From sequence record PZ445526.1: a DNA stretch of 64,000 nt; one strand, written 5' to 3'. Source of the DNA: a phage. Both the position numbers and the translations under genes were made by a program. The notes under the pieces are model-generated. The model searched no databases. It was not told the origin of the DNA and worked only from the letters and a program-made list of their open reading frames with translations. Shown here piece after piece: positions 52,730 to 62,706 of the stretch; positions within the stretch are counted from its first letter, which is position 1; each line of letters starts with the position of its first letter.

Positions 52730-53349
52730 TCAACTACCTCAATATCATAAACTTTAAATGTTCCAAATGAATCGTGTAATTTTTCTTTTGAAATAGAAGT
52801 TATTCTATACTTTCCAATTGGAATCATCCATTCTTGTTCACGCACAATCATCATTAAGTTATCAGTACGCTCTGAATCTAGCCCATCAGTATCTTCATAC
52901 GTGTACTTAAACTCAGTATTAGGAGAAGAAAGTATAATATCGCTGATATGGTCAGAATAATTAAAAGCTTTATCAGTTTTTAAGCGAAATATTATTTCAG
53001 TGAAATATTCAGCATAAGAAAAAGAACACGCTGTATGCAAACTAGTAGTAAATGAATCTACCCTGTTCGTTGAAAACACTTCTCCAACTTGTAAATCTTT
53101 AATAAGTTCTTCTGTTGATTTTGATATACCACGATATAACTGATATGGTGATTTAGTTAAATGCTTTTTAATGATTTTATTCAATTGCCGATGAAGAGCT
53201 TCATTCTTTTTGGCTTCCATACATTGCCAAAGAATTGACTGTTCAAAGTCAGTAAATTTTTCACAGACCTTTTTATACATATCATATTGAAAATCAACGC
53301 TTTCAGCTTTTATAGATAACTGTTCAACATCTGCAGGATTAATAATCAT
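52726..53349 (-). CDS. modB: ADP-ribosyltransferase ModB, 207 aa
   Basis: 207 aa, paralogous ART motifs (QLYRGIS, EQEWMIP); tandem with modA. Confidence 0.75.
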   Translation of the reverse strand: MIINPADVEQLSIKAESVDFQYDMYKKVCEKFTDFEQSILWQCMEAKKNEALHRQLNKIIKKHLTKSPYQLYRGISKSTEELIKDLQVGEVFSTNRVDSFTTSLHTACSFSYAEYFTEIIFRLKTDKAFNYSDHISDIILSSPNTEFKYTYEDTDGLDSERTDNLMMIVREQEWMIPIGKYRITSISKEKLHDSFGTFKVYDIEVVE

Positions 53350-53416
53350 GATAGCCTCCGTATACTTCAGAAGCTATCATATCATCGTTAGAAAGGAAAG
53401 TAAACAACTTTTTGAA

Positions 53417-53599
53417 TTATTTTGCCCAGGGAGCCCAAGGCGGAGGGTCAAGATGGTATGAAGCTAGTTCTTCTAGAAGAGCATCTGGGGCTTCAATTCC
53501 ATAATTCTGTAATACTATACGGTACTCTTTCTTATAATCACTAGAATCATTCTGGTTATTCGTAGAATGATTATCTTCTAACATCTCAAATAAATCCAT
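53417..53599 (-). CDS. Hypothetical acidic protein, 60 aa
   Basis: ATG-initiated ORF. Confidence 0.45.
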   Translation of the reverse strand: MDLFEMLEDNHSTNNQNDSSDYKKEYRIVLQNYGIEAPDALLEELASYHLDPPPWAPWAK

Positions 53600-53607
53600 A
53601 TTAATTC

Positions 53608-54078
53608 CTAGCGATAAAAACCAAAGTGACGATTAGCTTCAACAATCTTTCTTTCTTCTTCGGACATTCTCCAGCGTAGTCCAACATCAAAATGAGCCCA
53701 GACCATCTTAACAAATGCGTTTATATCTTTAATATCTTCAATAATGAATGTTTTACTTTTAGAAGGTTGACTCGCTAATTTAACTTTATCATCTTCAAAC
53801 AGGTCAAAAAGACCATATTCATGAGCTCTTTTATAGCCTTTAATAGTTAAAGCTTCAGAAGAAGAAAACGGTGAATCAGTATTCTGCAAAATATCTTCAG
53901 TATGCTTTATAATTAGAATAACATTTTCTGGATATTTTCTTTCTTTTATATCTTTAATTAAAAAATCCGGATTTTCTGCTAAAGGAATAATCAATGAGCA
54001 ATTTTTATCAAGCGTATTTACTGATTTACCTTCTTTAGACATAAATTCTATTGAATAGTGTTTTGCTACTTCAATCAT
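53608..54078 (-). CDS. Hypothetical protein, 156 aa
   Basis: ATG-initiated ORF. Confidence 0.55.
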
Positions 54079-54235
54079 GTGATTTCCTTTTGCCTACTAA
54101 TGGACCGTCGGGAATTTTGTTTTCCTGGATATATTTCTCGTTTTCTTCCATCATTTTACTACCAATTTTAAGAAGCAAATCCATTGCTTCATTTGCTTTA
54201 GCTTTAGCCTCTTCTAACGTCATATCTTTGTTCAT
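54071..54235 (-). CDS. Hypothetical small protein, 54 aa
   Basis: Hand-translated [37 protein letters not shown]...; ATGA overlaps on both sides; not in the ORF track. Confidence 0.4.
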
Positions 54236-54435
54236 GATTTATCGCCATAGATGTCTCTCATCAATTTAAGCGCTGAGCGTTCTAATTTCTTTTCTTTCTC
54301 AGCACTAATCATTGATTTCATCCATTCTTCTGATTCATTCTGCATTTCTTTATTTGCTTGTTCAACCCAACCATCATCAATATACATTGAGTTTGGTCTA
54401 TTGAACCATTCAAGTATTTTCTTCAGAACTTTCAT
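54232..54435 (-). CDS. Hypothetical protein, 67 aa
   Basis: ATG-initiated ORF. Confidence 0.5.
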
Positions 54436-54895
54436 TTGTTTTACCTAAAACAATAGTAGGAGCATCGTCAAATTCATGAATTTTTAGCAATTTTGGATTT
54501 AAATTATTCCATACATAATAAATAAAGTATGATAAAGCATCTTCACTCGCAATTATAAATTTATTTCCTTCATTTATTTTCCAGTCATATACTGAATCGT
54601 ACGAATAAAAAGATAAAGGATTACCATTATATTGTTCTGCGCTAACATTAATGTATTCGGATTTAGTAAATGCTTCAATTGCTCTAAACGGACTATTTGG
54701 CACAGTTTCAATAATTCCGATCTTTTTAAGTTTTATTTCAACATCTTCTGGAACTGGCATTGAAACGAAATTTTCTACGAGATACATAGGGTTACAATAA
54801 CCCTTATCAATCACTACGGCTACAGTAATTGGAACATCTTTAGCAAACGACATGCTATTACTGCTAATATACATTTCAAACAAAATTGCTTCCAT
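54410..54895 (-). CDS. Hypothetical protein, about 161 aa
   Basis: ATG at 54895 preceded by GAGGAAAA (track start TTG at 54907). Confidence 0.55.
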   Translation of the reverse strand: MEAILFEMYISSNSMSFAKDVPITVAVVIDKGYCNPMYLVENFVSMPVPEDVEIKLKKIGIIETVPNSPFRAIEAFTKSEYINVSAEQYNGNPLSFYSYDSVYDWKINEGNKFIIASEDALSYFIYYVWNNLNPKLLKIHEFDDAPTIVLGKTNESSEENT

Positions 54896-54903
54896 AATTT
54901 TCC

Positions 54904-55236
54904 TCAATCACAAGATGTAGATGAACAGCTAGAATCACAAGAACTTCCACATGAATCGCCCGCCCATACATGAACAGGAACATTCGTATCATATGAATCA
55001 GAACTAGACTGTGTATTAGATGATGTAGTAGGTGTTGACCAGCGCCAAGGATTTTTATAATATTCTTGGGCTTCTTCATAAGTCATAGTAACTGCTTCTA
55101 CTGTTCCATCTCCCATATAAACATATTCAACTACAGTTAAAGGAAGATAGTCATTTGAAATAGGAACTACACCTTCCCCAGGAGTCGTAGAGAAAAAATC
55201 CGTAAAGAAACTTTTAAACCAATTAAAGATAAACAT
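54904..55236 (-). CDS. Hypothetical protein with Cys/Ser-rich C-terminal tail, 110 aa
   Basis: Hydrophobic N-terminus [11 protein letters not shown] and C-terminal ...[18 protein letters not shown]. Confidence 0.55.
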   Translation of the reverse strand: MFIFNWFKSFFTDFFSTTPGEGVVPISNDYLPLTVVEYVYMGDGTVEAVTMTYEEAQEYYKNPWRWSTPTTSSNTQSSSDSYDTNVPVHVWAGDSCGSSCDSSCSSTSCD

Positions 55237-55442
55237 TACAAAAAGCCTCTCTTGAATTCGACTTGCTTCTCACCATAATCGTATCGAATTTCTGCATTAA
55301 ATTCAACAGAACCATCTGCGTACATCATAAATGAATGTACAATAACTTCTGTAGACCATGGCTGTAGTTCATATTTCTTCATTACATGCCGTGAAATGAT
55401 AATATCTAAATCTTCATTCGGTTTAATCCAACGATTTAACAT
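55236..55442 (-). CDS. Hypothetical protein, 68 aa
   Basis: ATG-initiated ORF. Confidence 0.5.
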   Translation of the reverse strand: MLNRWIKPNEDLDIIISRHVMKKYELQPWSTEVIVHSFMMYADGSVEFNAEIRYDYGEKQVEFKRGFL

Positions 55443-55507
55443 AGCGCTCTCCTCTATAAGATAATTCTATTATACCATACTCATTTTGATATGTAAACCG
55501 TTTAAAT

Positions 55508-55535
55508 GAAAAAAAAGGACTCCCGAAGGAGTCCT
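55508..55535 (-). terminator. Rho-independent terminator downstream of soc
   Basis: aggactcc-cgaa-ggagtcct hairpin (identical 20-mer to 2111..2130) with a U-run on the minus strand. Confidence 0.75.
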
Positions 55536-55540
55536 TGAAT

Positions 55541-55786
55541 TTATTCACCAGTTACTTTCCACAAATCTTCATTTGCAGTAATCCATTCAGTACGTTGATT
55601 TTCTTCATATACTGTAGAATATGCTGCTTTTTCTGAAGGGAATGTCTGGTAATGAGCACCAGAAATTTTGTGAACGTCAGAATAAAGAGGGAAAGCTACG
55701 GAAATTTCCTTTCCTTCAATTTTCTTATTTCCATCTAATTTCTGCTCAAATGTTTTGATATTAACATAACCGCGAGTACTAGCCAT
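55541..55786 (-). CDS. soc: Small outer capsid protein Soc, 81 aa
   Basis: 81-aa product MASTRGYVNIKTFEQKLDGNKKIEGKEISVAFPLY... recognised as T4 Soc. Confidence 0.92.
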   Translation of the reverse strand: MASTRGYVNIKTFEQKLDGNKKIEGKEISVAFPLYSDVHKISGAHYQTFPSEKAAYSTVYEENQRTEWITANEDLWKVTGE

Positions 55787-55802
55787 GTAATTCTCCTTTT
55801 AT

Positions 55803-56012
55803 TTAAATTACATGATTATTTATAATAAATTCTCGCGGAACGTTAAAATACCCAATTTTAGTTAATATAACAACATCGCCGTTAATAATTACCGGAGAAT
55901 AATCGGCTGGAGCATTAAATTTCCAATGGGCTCTAATATTATATCCATCAGAACCAAATGCTCGACTAGCCGGTCTCCCGGCTTTTTGCCATGCATAAAA
56001 ATCAAATTTCAT
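55803..56012 (-). CDS. Hypothetical protein, 69 aa
   Basis: ATG-initiated ORF between soc and 56. Confidence 0.5.
   Translation of the reverse strand: MKFDFYAWQKAGRPASRAFGSDGYNIRAHWKFNAPADYSPVIINGDVVILTKIGYFNVPREFIINNHVI
55817..55824 (-). promoter_or_regulatory. Late promoter box TATAAATA upstream of soc
   Basis: Plus-strand tatttata about 30 nt upstream of the soc ATG. Confidence 0.55.
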
Positions 56013-56209
56013 TTTGAATGCTCTATAATTAATTTTAAAGCTTCTTCACGCACCAACTTGCCTGGTATATGCCCAGTTTTAATTGTGTAAACTTTGTGGA
56101 GCTGATTAGATAAGAGCTCACATACGAGCTCCTTGTCATAATCTTTAAATAGCTGGTCAATACGCTTCTTGTGGGCTTTCTTGAGCTGGCGTTTATTTAA
56201 ACGAGCCAT
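56009..56209 (-). CDS. Hypothetical basic protein, 66 aa
   Basis: ATG overlaps the gene 56 stop. Confidence 0.5.
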   Translation of the reverse strand: MARLNKRQLKKAHKKRIDQLFKDYDKELVCELLSNQLHKVYTIKTGHIPGKLVREEALKLIIEHSK

Positions 56210-56727
56210 TAATAGCCTCGATCTTGACGAGCGAAGTTTTCAGCATTTTTCAGATAATAAAGTTTAAAGATTTCCTCAGCTGACATTCCAAGAGCAATGA
56301 ATTTATTCATGAAAAAGTGAAATTGATCAATCAGTTCAAATTTAATTTCAAGTTGATCTTCAGGAGATAAATCTTGAATTTTCTTGGATTGCATTTCAGA
56401 ATAACGTTTTTTCCAAGGTTTCCATACAGCAGAAGCTTCTTTTTCACCATTACTCATACCACCAAGAGAAGTATATAGCTCGCGAGTTTCATCTGCGATA
56501 TAATCGTCTTGGTTTCGCAGCCAAGCAAGAACTTCTCCTGCAGTTTCAAGTGAATCAGGATGACGATTTGTTTCTGGTTTATCATTAGCCAAACGAATCT
56601 GTAAATGCCGCTGCATGTCAAGCATAACCTGTAGTGGGTCAATATTGTGCATAATATTCTCAGCATATGCACGATTTGCTTTATCAACACCTTCGATCAA
56701 ATGAGCACATTCATTAAAGTGAGCCAT
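56209..56727 (-). CDS. 56: dCTP pyrophosphatase gp56, about 172 aa
   Basis: Recognised as T4 gp56 starting MAHFNECAHLIEGVDKA; ATG at 56727 preceded by AAAGGAAAA. Confidence 0.88.
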   Translation of the reverse strand: MAHFNECAHLIEGVDKANRAYAENIMHNIDPLQVMLDMQRHLQIRLANDKPETNRHPDSLETAGEVLAWLRNQDDYIADETRELYTSLGGMSNGEKEASAVWKPWKKRYSEMQSKKIQDLSPEDQLEIKFELIDQFHFFMNKFIALGMSAEEIFKLYYLKNAENFARQDRGY

Positions 56728-56798
56728 TATTTTTCCTTTCAATTCATGGGTTAGTAGATTAATTATACAATAAATATATAAAGCAATAAGGAGGACAT

Positions 56799-56999
56799 AT
56801 GGTACAAAAATTAATGGCACTTGTTAATGCCATCAAAGGTAATAAAAAGCGTATAGCTTTTACTATTTCTGCTATGGTAGGAATTTTACTCTGGAACTTT
56901 ATTTTATCACCTGTTGCAATTGCACATGGTATTAATATTCCAGTAGTTACTCTTGATACATTCGTAGATTTAGCATTTGCTTTAGTTGGGTTAATTTAA
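56799..56999 (+). CDS. Small hydrophobic protein, 66 aa, on the opposite strand to its neighbours
   Basis: AAGGAGG 4 nt upstream of the ATG; TATAAATA-like sequence upstream; 4-nt 3' overlap with gene 61. Confidence 0.45.
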   Translation: MVQKLMALVNAIKGNKKRIAFTISAMVGILLWNFILSPVAIAHGINIPVVTLDTFVDLAFALVGLI

Positions 57000-58024
57000 A
57001 TCTTAGCATATTTAGATAGCCGCATTTTAGCCATCAACCCCTGGGCAATATTATTTTTCATATATTCCATAATTTGTTCAGGGGTTGCACCTTCCTTTTT
57101 AATCATATCATTAACATCTTTTGATTTCCAGGGAGATTTATCCCAAAACATAACCCTTTCTCCTGCATCAACTAATTTAGTCATTCGCTTAATAGTGTCA
57201 GGATGACGAGGTTCATTATCTAAAACCCACACACGTCTATCTTTAAATGGAACAACTTCTAGGTCTAATTGACCACCCGTAATAGCTATACCATTTTCAA
57301 TAAAAAGTGAATCTATAGGTCCTTCTAGAACATATACATCACCATCTTTAACTCGTTCGACTCCATAGATTTTTGTTGCCTCAGGATAAGCTTTGATGGT
57401 TATATATTTTTGAGGAGCATCTTTCTTTAATGCACGTCCTTGAAAAGACTCAGCTTTTCCATTAGCATTATAAATTGGAATAACAAGACGAGGCTCAGGT
57501 ATTTCCTTTTTATATGTTCCGGGTGCTATACTATTAACTAATTTAGGCCATTCGGTTGTAAACCAAAGATATTTCCATTTATCCTTTGGAATACAACGAG
57601 CTTTTACATATTTTATAATTGGATGGTCTTCCGCCAGTTTATCTAATCTAACACATGACGGAAGAGATTTAATTATTTTCTTCTCAGGTTGTTTAGGAAG
57701 TTCTTTAGGTTTTTCTACTGGACGACTTTTACCTTTTTCTTTTCTTATTTCAAAGATATACTCACGATATAAATCAGGTTCAAACTCCTTTAAATATATT
57801 CCGATTGGTGCATGATAGTTACAGTTATAACAATGAATATTTCCTTCATTATTATCACCATAATACCATCCACGAGCTTTATTCTGGTCGGTTTTTGAAT
57901 CTCCACAAACAGGGCATCTAAACCGCAATTTAAAAGTTGAACTATTATTTACTTGTGTGAATTTAGGTAAATGAGCTAATGCACGGTATGCAAACTCATT
58001 ATCAATCCAAGGTATTGATGACAT
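56996..58024 (-). CDS. 61: DNA primase gp61, 342 aa
   Basis: Zinc-binding motif CPVCGDS...CYNCNYH; 342 aa; recognised as T4 gp61. Confidence 0.93.
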   Translation of the reverse strand: MSSIPWIDNEFAYRALAHLPKFTQVNNSSTFKLRFRCPVCGDSKTDQNKARGWYYGDNNEGNIHCYNCNYHAPIGIYLKEFEPDLYREYIFEIRKEKGKSRPVEKPKELPKQPEKKIIKSLPSCVRLDKLAEDHPIIKYVKARCIPKDKWKYLWFTTEWPKLVNSIAPGTYKKEIPEPRLVIPIYNANGKAESFQGRALKKDAPQKYITIKAYPEATKIYGVERVKDGDVYVLEGPIDSLFIENGIAITGGQLDLEVVPFKDRRVWVLDNEPRHPDTIKRMTKLVDAGERVMFWDKSPWKSKDVNDMIKKEGATPEQIMEYMKNNIAQGLMAKMRLSKYAKI

Positions 58025-58026
58025 TT

Positions 58027-58191
58027 TTACTCTTCTTTTTCTTTAGATTCCTCTTTTTTCTTTTTAGGAATCTGTTCAGGACCTTTATTTACTACAGCGC
58101 CTGACGTTGTTCCAGTAGAGATATTTTCAGGATTACCACCTGAATCTCCAGCTACCATATCTTCTTTAATAAATTCTTTATATGTTTTCAT
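58027..58191 (-). CDS. Hypothetical small Lys/Glu-rich protein, 54 aa
   Basis: Hand-translated MKTYKEFIKEDMVAGDSGGNPENIST...; not in the ORF track. Confidence 0.4.
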   Translation of the reverse strand: MKTYKEFIKEDMVAGDSGGNPENISTGTTSGAVVNKGPEQIPKKKKEESKEKEE

Positions 58192-58192
58192 A

Positions 58193-58819
58193 TTAACCTC
58201 TATTCATAAAAGCATTAAAAATTTGGTCATCAATAGAAACATTTACTTTAGACTGTTTTTCAGATGGCAATTCATATCCACATATTACAATTTTATGATC
58301 AATATCAAAATACACAGAAGCAATATGATTAATGATATTTTCAGTGAAGTCTAAATCAACATCAATGTCTTTTTGACCAAAGCCCAAAGGATAAATAATG
58401 CGAGTAATTCGATTATCTTTAACAAAGATTCCACCGACATACTCTGTGCTGCGTTTAAAGTCTACACGCCGACGAAATGAAAAATATTCAGGCTCTTTAT
58501 GAGCTCGGCTCATAGGGCACAACGAATAACTAGAATAAGAGATGTCAAATCCTACGCCTTCAATATGAACTAAATTGTCATGATTAAACCAATTATAATC
58601 ATATGCCAAGTCCATTAGATTGTCATATGTGAAAGGCACCGGATTAACATCATTGGTCACAAGCATATAATTAGCAACTGCTATAATTTCATTATTTTTA
58701 ACGAATACAAACCGTGATTGATGCGAATGACCTGGACCTGCGTTTTCACGATTAATGATATAACACTGGGCACCTTTATATTTGTACGTGTCTTTACACT
58801 TGTGCATTTGATAAAGCAT
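58193..58819 (-). CDS. Hypothetical protein, 208 aa
   Basis: ATG-initiated ORF overlapping the sp stop. Confidence 0.6.
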   Translation of the reverse strand: MLYQMHKCKDTYKYKGAQCYIINRENAGPGHSHQSRFVFVKNNEIIAVANYMLVTNDVNPVPFTYDNLMDLAYDYNWFNHDNLVHIEGVGFDISYSSYSLCPMSRAHKEPEYFSFRRRVDFKRSTEYVGGIFVKDNRITRIIYPLGFGQKDIDVDLDFTENIINHIASVYFDIDHKIVICGYELPSEKQSKVNVSIDDQIFNAFMNRG

Positions 58820-59112
58820 TATTCACCTACCACTTCAGCGATGATATTTTTATTATTAAAGTTTTTATCGCAATACAGAACATAATTATACTGCATTACA
58901 CCACCAGACTTAAGTTGTTTTTGAACTTCAGCTTTCATTTCAGGACGATCACGCTCAACGATATTCATAATATCTGCTTCAATTTGAGTTTCAACCTCAG
59001 TCTGATCTGCAGTCATAGACCATTCACACAAATCTTTATCATAACCTGCCATAGCAGGCTGAGCAGCACAAGAAGCTAAAGCAAAAATTGTAGCAAAGAT
59101 AAATTTTTTCAT
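58819..59112 (-). CDS. sp: Spackle periplasmic protein, 97 aa
   Basis: Signal peptide MKKFIFATIFALASCAAQPAMA; size and position between 61 and 41 match T4 sp. Confidence 0.75.
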   Translation of the reverse strand: MKKFIFATIFALASCAAQPAMAGYDKDLCEWSMTADQTEVETQIEADIMNIVERDRPEMKAEVQKQLKSGGVMQYNYVLYCDKNFNNKNIIAEVVGE

Positions 59113-59173
59113 GATAATCTCCTCAGTAATTTATGTTTATATAGTATCTCAATTTCTAATAAAAAGTAAACAG

Positions 59174-59470
59174 TTATTTTAAAACTTTTGCATAATCACA
59201 TGTTACAAACTGTTTCTCTAGCTTGACGATTTTACGAAAGTATCTTTTGCATTGGCGAATCTGCCGCTTCGTAGGGCGAACAACAAACTTAATAAATTCC
59301 ACTCGACCAAATGGAGGACTTTCTTCTGCTGGAATATCTAACACCAATTCCCACGTATCTGCAATAAGTGCTTTGAATTGTGTATTTTTCCTGACGTTAT
59401 ACGGAGTAGGTTTAAATAAAACAATATGCATATTATCCTCGGCAATCCACTTCACATACTTTCTTGTCAT
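59174..59470 (-). CDS. Hypothetical basic protein, about 98 aa
   Basis: ATG at 59470 (track start TTG at 59473). Confidence 0.5.
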   Translation of the reverse strand: MTRKYVKWIAEDNMHIVLFKPTPYNVRKNTQFKALIADTWELVLDIPAEESPPFGRVEFIKFVVRPTKRQIRQCKRYFRKIVKLEKQFVTCDYAKVLK

Positions 59471-59615
59471 CAATGAAAGCTTTAACTAATGCTTTATTAA
59501 CTTCAGCATATTGAGCAGTAGCCCATTGAACGTCATCTTTCATCATTGTAGTTTCTTTAGTAAACATGCTTTCATTCTTAAACCACCCCATAAAAACTAC
59601 CTTTACCAATTCCAT
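59433..59615 (-). CDS. dmd: Dmd antitoxin, 60 aa
   Basis: 60-aa product MELVKVVFMGWFKNESMFTKE... recognised as T4 Dmd; adjacent to gene 41. Confidence 0.8.
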   Translation of the reverse strand: MELVKVVFMGWFKNESMFTKETTMMKDDVQWATAQYAEVNKALVKAFIDDKKVCEVDCRG

Positions 59616-59673
59616 AACAATCTCCTCATTTAACCAACAAGACTACTATACCATAGTCCTGTCAGCTTGTAAA

Positions 59674-61101
59674 CTAAAATTTTAATTCATTTGCCAAAGC
59701 ATCTAACTGAGCTCGAGTCGATTCATTTCTTTGATAGCGATTCTGTTCAGCCTGAATCTGTTGTGAACCTGCTACTTCACTCACTTCAGTTGGAGTAGAA
59801 TCTTGTTCAATTTCTACCCATTTCTGATTTCCTTTTTGAACACCCATCAAAAACTTATTCCATTTGTTCTTATCGCCATATCGTGATTTGATTTGCTTAA
59901 TGAGTTGTTGTTCAGCAGCTGCTAGCTCCTCGGTTTCAATGACCGCAAGCATAAAATCGGCTGTTGCTGGAAGACCGGCAGATTCTGCAATATCGCTCAT
60001 GTTAACATCGGAAGAGTCCCAAGCTTGTTTACCAACCTGTGCTGCAGTCCAAAGAACAGTTTCGGTTTCAACAGCCAGAGCACGCAATTCCTCTGCAATA
60101 GCTTTAACAGTTGTGTAACTATTTTCTGAATAAACTCTAATGCGGCAAGATTTACAAATACCTAGATAATCGACAATAATGATTGTTGGAACAAAATTCT
60201 TTTTGAGCTTCAATTCGTTTAAAAGTGATCGAAACGTATTAGCATCTGCTCCACCGGTAGGATACTGTTTAACGATTAAACGACCGAGAGTAGATTTCTC
60301 ACGCCATTTTTCCATTTTTCCTTTATACTCAGCGTAAGAAATATGCCCATCATCAATGTCATCAAGAGAAACATCAAGCATATTAGCATCAATACGCTTA
60401 GCACAGACTTCTTCTGCCATTTCCATGGAAATGTAAAGAACATTATGTCCGAGCTGTAAATAATCTGCTGCCAATGAACACAGACCTAATGACTTACCAA
60501 CGTTAACGCCAGCCATTAAAACGTTCAGTGTTCCAGTCTCAGCTCCGCCTTTAGTAATTTTGTTCAGAATTCTGAGTTTAAATGGAACCTTACGAGCTTT
60601 ATTCATATAAGATAGCCAACGTGCTTCGTAGTCATCCATCCAGTCATGACCAACGTAACTATCAAATGAAATTGATAATGCTTGGCGCATGATGTCAGGA
60701 ATAGCACCAACATCCGGCATTTTCTTATTTCGTTTTTCCGGAGGAAGCTCAGCATTAGTTTGAATTTCGATTATTTTAGACGTAGCATTAAACATCGCCC
60801 TTTGCTGAACATATTTTTCTGTTTCTTTTATTAACCAACTGTGGTCTTCCGGAGAATCAGCCAGTTTTGAAATAAGTGTTTTTACACCAGAATATTCTGT
60901 TTCAGTAAATGAACTATTTTCTAATGCAACATTTAACGCATTAATAGATGGAACGCTATGATACTCATTAACATGAGATTTAATTAATTTGAATGTATTT
61001 TTAGCTGGGCCACTTTCAAAATATTCTGAATCCATATATGGCCAAACTTTTGAAAAATAAGCTTGATCAAATATGAGATGAGAAAGAATAATTTCTACCA
61101 C
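59674..61101 (-). CDS. 41: Replicative helicase gp41 (DnaB-like), 475 aa
   Basis: Walker A GVNVGKS; 475 aa; recognised as T4 gp41; apparent GTG start with AAGGAG SD. Confidence 0.93.
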   Translation of the reverse strand: MVEIILSHLIFDQAYFSKVWPYMDSEYFESGPAKNTFKLIKSHVNEYHSVPSINALNVALENSSFTETEYSGVKTLISKLADSPEDHSWLIKETEKYVQQRAMFNATSKIIEIQTNAELPPEKRNKKMPDVGAIPDIMRQALSISFDSYVGHDWMDDYEARWLSYMNKARKVPFKLRILNKITKGGAETGTLNVLMAGVNVGKSLGLCSLAADYLQLGHNVLYISMEMAEEVCAKRIDANMLDVSLDDIDDGHISYAEYKGKMEKWREKSTLGRLIVKQYPTGGADANTFRSLLNELKLKKNFVPTIIIVDYLGICKSCRIRVYSENSYTTVKAIAEELRALAVETETVLWTAAQVGKQAWDSSDVNMSDIAESAGLPATADFMLAVIETEELAAAEQQLIKQIKSRYGDKNKWNKFLMGVQKGNQKWVEIEQDSTPTEVSEVAGSQQIQAEQNRYQRNESTRAQLDALANELKF

Positions 61102-61110
61102 ACTTACTCC

Positions 61111-61455
61111 TTAAAAGAATTTAAATTTTTTCTTTGACCTTTTATTAAATGCATCTTGCAGTTGCATTGTAATACATTTTTCTACATGAGGAGCTAACTC
61201 AGCTTTTCTTTCTTGGTCAAGAACAGCAAAGTCCATTACAACCTTTCCATCAACCCAATCCAGTTTTGTTACATACACTATATGTGTAGAACCATCTTCT
61301 AGTTTAATGACAATCTCCTGGATAACATTTTCCATGGCAGATTTAATTATCTTAAGAGACTCATTAAAAAGACGTTCTTTTCTTTCTTCTTCCCCCTCCG
61401 AAGAGGGGGATTCATCGATAATTTCTAGATCTAAATCTAAATCATCTTTATTCAT
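61111..61455 (-). CDS. 40: gp40 head-assembly accessory protein, about 114 aa
   Basis: Position between uvsX and 41; ATG at 61455 (track start GTG at 61473). Confidence 0.7.
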   Translation of the reverse strand: MNKDDLDLDLEIIDESPSSEGEEERKERLFNESLKIIKSAMENVIQEIVIKLEDGSTHIVYVTKLDWVDGKVVMDFAVLDQERKAELAPHVEKCITMQLQDAFNKRSKKKFKFF

Positions 61456-62629
61456 TAAATTCTTCCATATCACTTAACTGTTCTAGGTCAGTTTCTAAAT
61501 CAGCTGCTGATTTACTTTTACTTTCTGGAGATTTAAATTTTTCAACCTTTGAGTTAATCAATTCATCAACTTCAGCTTCAACAATTTCATTACTATCAAT
61601 AGCACCTAACTGATAAGCACGTTTAATAGCATCTCGGAATGGTTGATGCTTAAATAAAGGACCCCAGAATGTAGTACAGTTGGTATCTTTTGCACGCCAA
61701 GATTTTTCTTCGCGAATCATCTCGCCGGTTTCTTCATCAAGAAATTCACGAGCATACCAGCCATTTTTAGGTTTTACTACAAATCCTAATTCTAGAGCCA
61801 TATCTAACAATCCAGAATAAGGATCGATACCACCGTCAAATTTAACATCAATAAAGAATTTACTTTTTTCTTTAACGGTACGAGATTTTTCTACATTTAG
61901 AACAAATTGATACCCCTGAAGATCAGAACCATCTTTAATCTGACGTTTACCAATAATGAATACAGTATCAGCCGAATACATTACGCCTGTACCACCTGTC
62001 ATCACGGTTTTACTAAACATTTCAATTGTTTCAATTGTATGGTTAACCGCAACGCATGGAATGTTTTTAATGCTAAAATAAGGAGTAACAATACGGAATA
62101 ATGACTTCAGTGATTTAGCACGAGTCATATCTGCCACAGATTTTTCATTCAAGGCATCTTCAGTTTCTTTCTTAGAAGCCATATTACCGATTGAGTCGAT
62201 GAATACAATAACCTTTTCACCACGCTCAATAGCTTCAAGCTGATTCACCATATCAATTTTCAGCTGTTCAACTGACTGAATTGGCGTATGAATTACTCGT
62301 TCCGGGTCAACTCCCATGGATCGCAAATAAGCTGGAGTAATACCAAATTCGCTATCATAGAATAGACAAACCGCGTCAGGATACTTGTTCAAATATGCCG
62401 CAACCATAGTCAAAGACATATTTGATTTAAAGTGTTTAGAAGGCCCTGCGAAAATAGTTAAACCAGACTGCATACCACCATCAATCGCACCGGAAATAGC
62501 GATATTAAGCATTGGAATTTTTGTACGGATTACATCCTTTTCATTAAAGAATTTAGATGTAGTCAGTTCAGCAGTCATTTTAGAAGTGGAAGCTTTAATC
62601 AAACGGGATTTTAAATCTGCAATAGACAT
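61448..62629 (-). CDS. uvsX: UvsX RecA-like recombinase, 393 aa
   Basis: RecA-fold Walker A GPSKHFKS; recognised as T4-type UvsX. Confidence 0.95.
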   Translation of the reverse strand: MSIADLKSRLIKASTSKMTAELTTSKFFNEKDVIRTKIPMLNIAISGAIDGGMQSGLTIFAGPSKHFKSNMSLTMVAAYLNKYPDAVCLFYDSEFGITPAYLRSMGVDPERVIHTPIQSVEQLKIDMVNQLEAIERGEKVIVFIDSIGNMASKKETEDALNEKSVADMTRAKSLKSLFRIVTPYFSIKNIPCVAVNHTIETIEMFSKTVMTGGTGVMYSADTVFIIGKRQIKDGSDLQGYQFVLNVEKSRTVKEKSKFFIDVKFDGGIDPYSGLLDMALELGFVVKPKNGWYAREFLDEETGEMIREEKSWRAKDTNCTTFWGPLFKHQPFRDAIKRAYQLGAIDSNEIVEAEVDELINSKVEKFKSPESKSKSAADLETDLEQLSDMEEFNE

Positions 62630-62706
62630 TCATTTTTTCCATAGGCATCATTATATTTTCCTCACTGGTTAAAGATAGAGTAATTATAACACAATAAATT
62701 TAGGCA

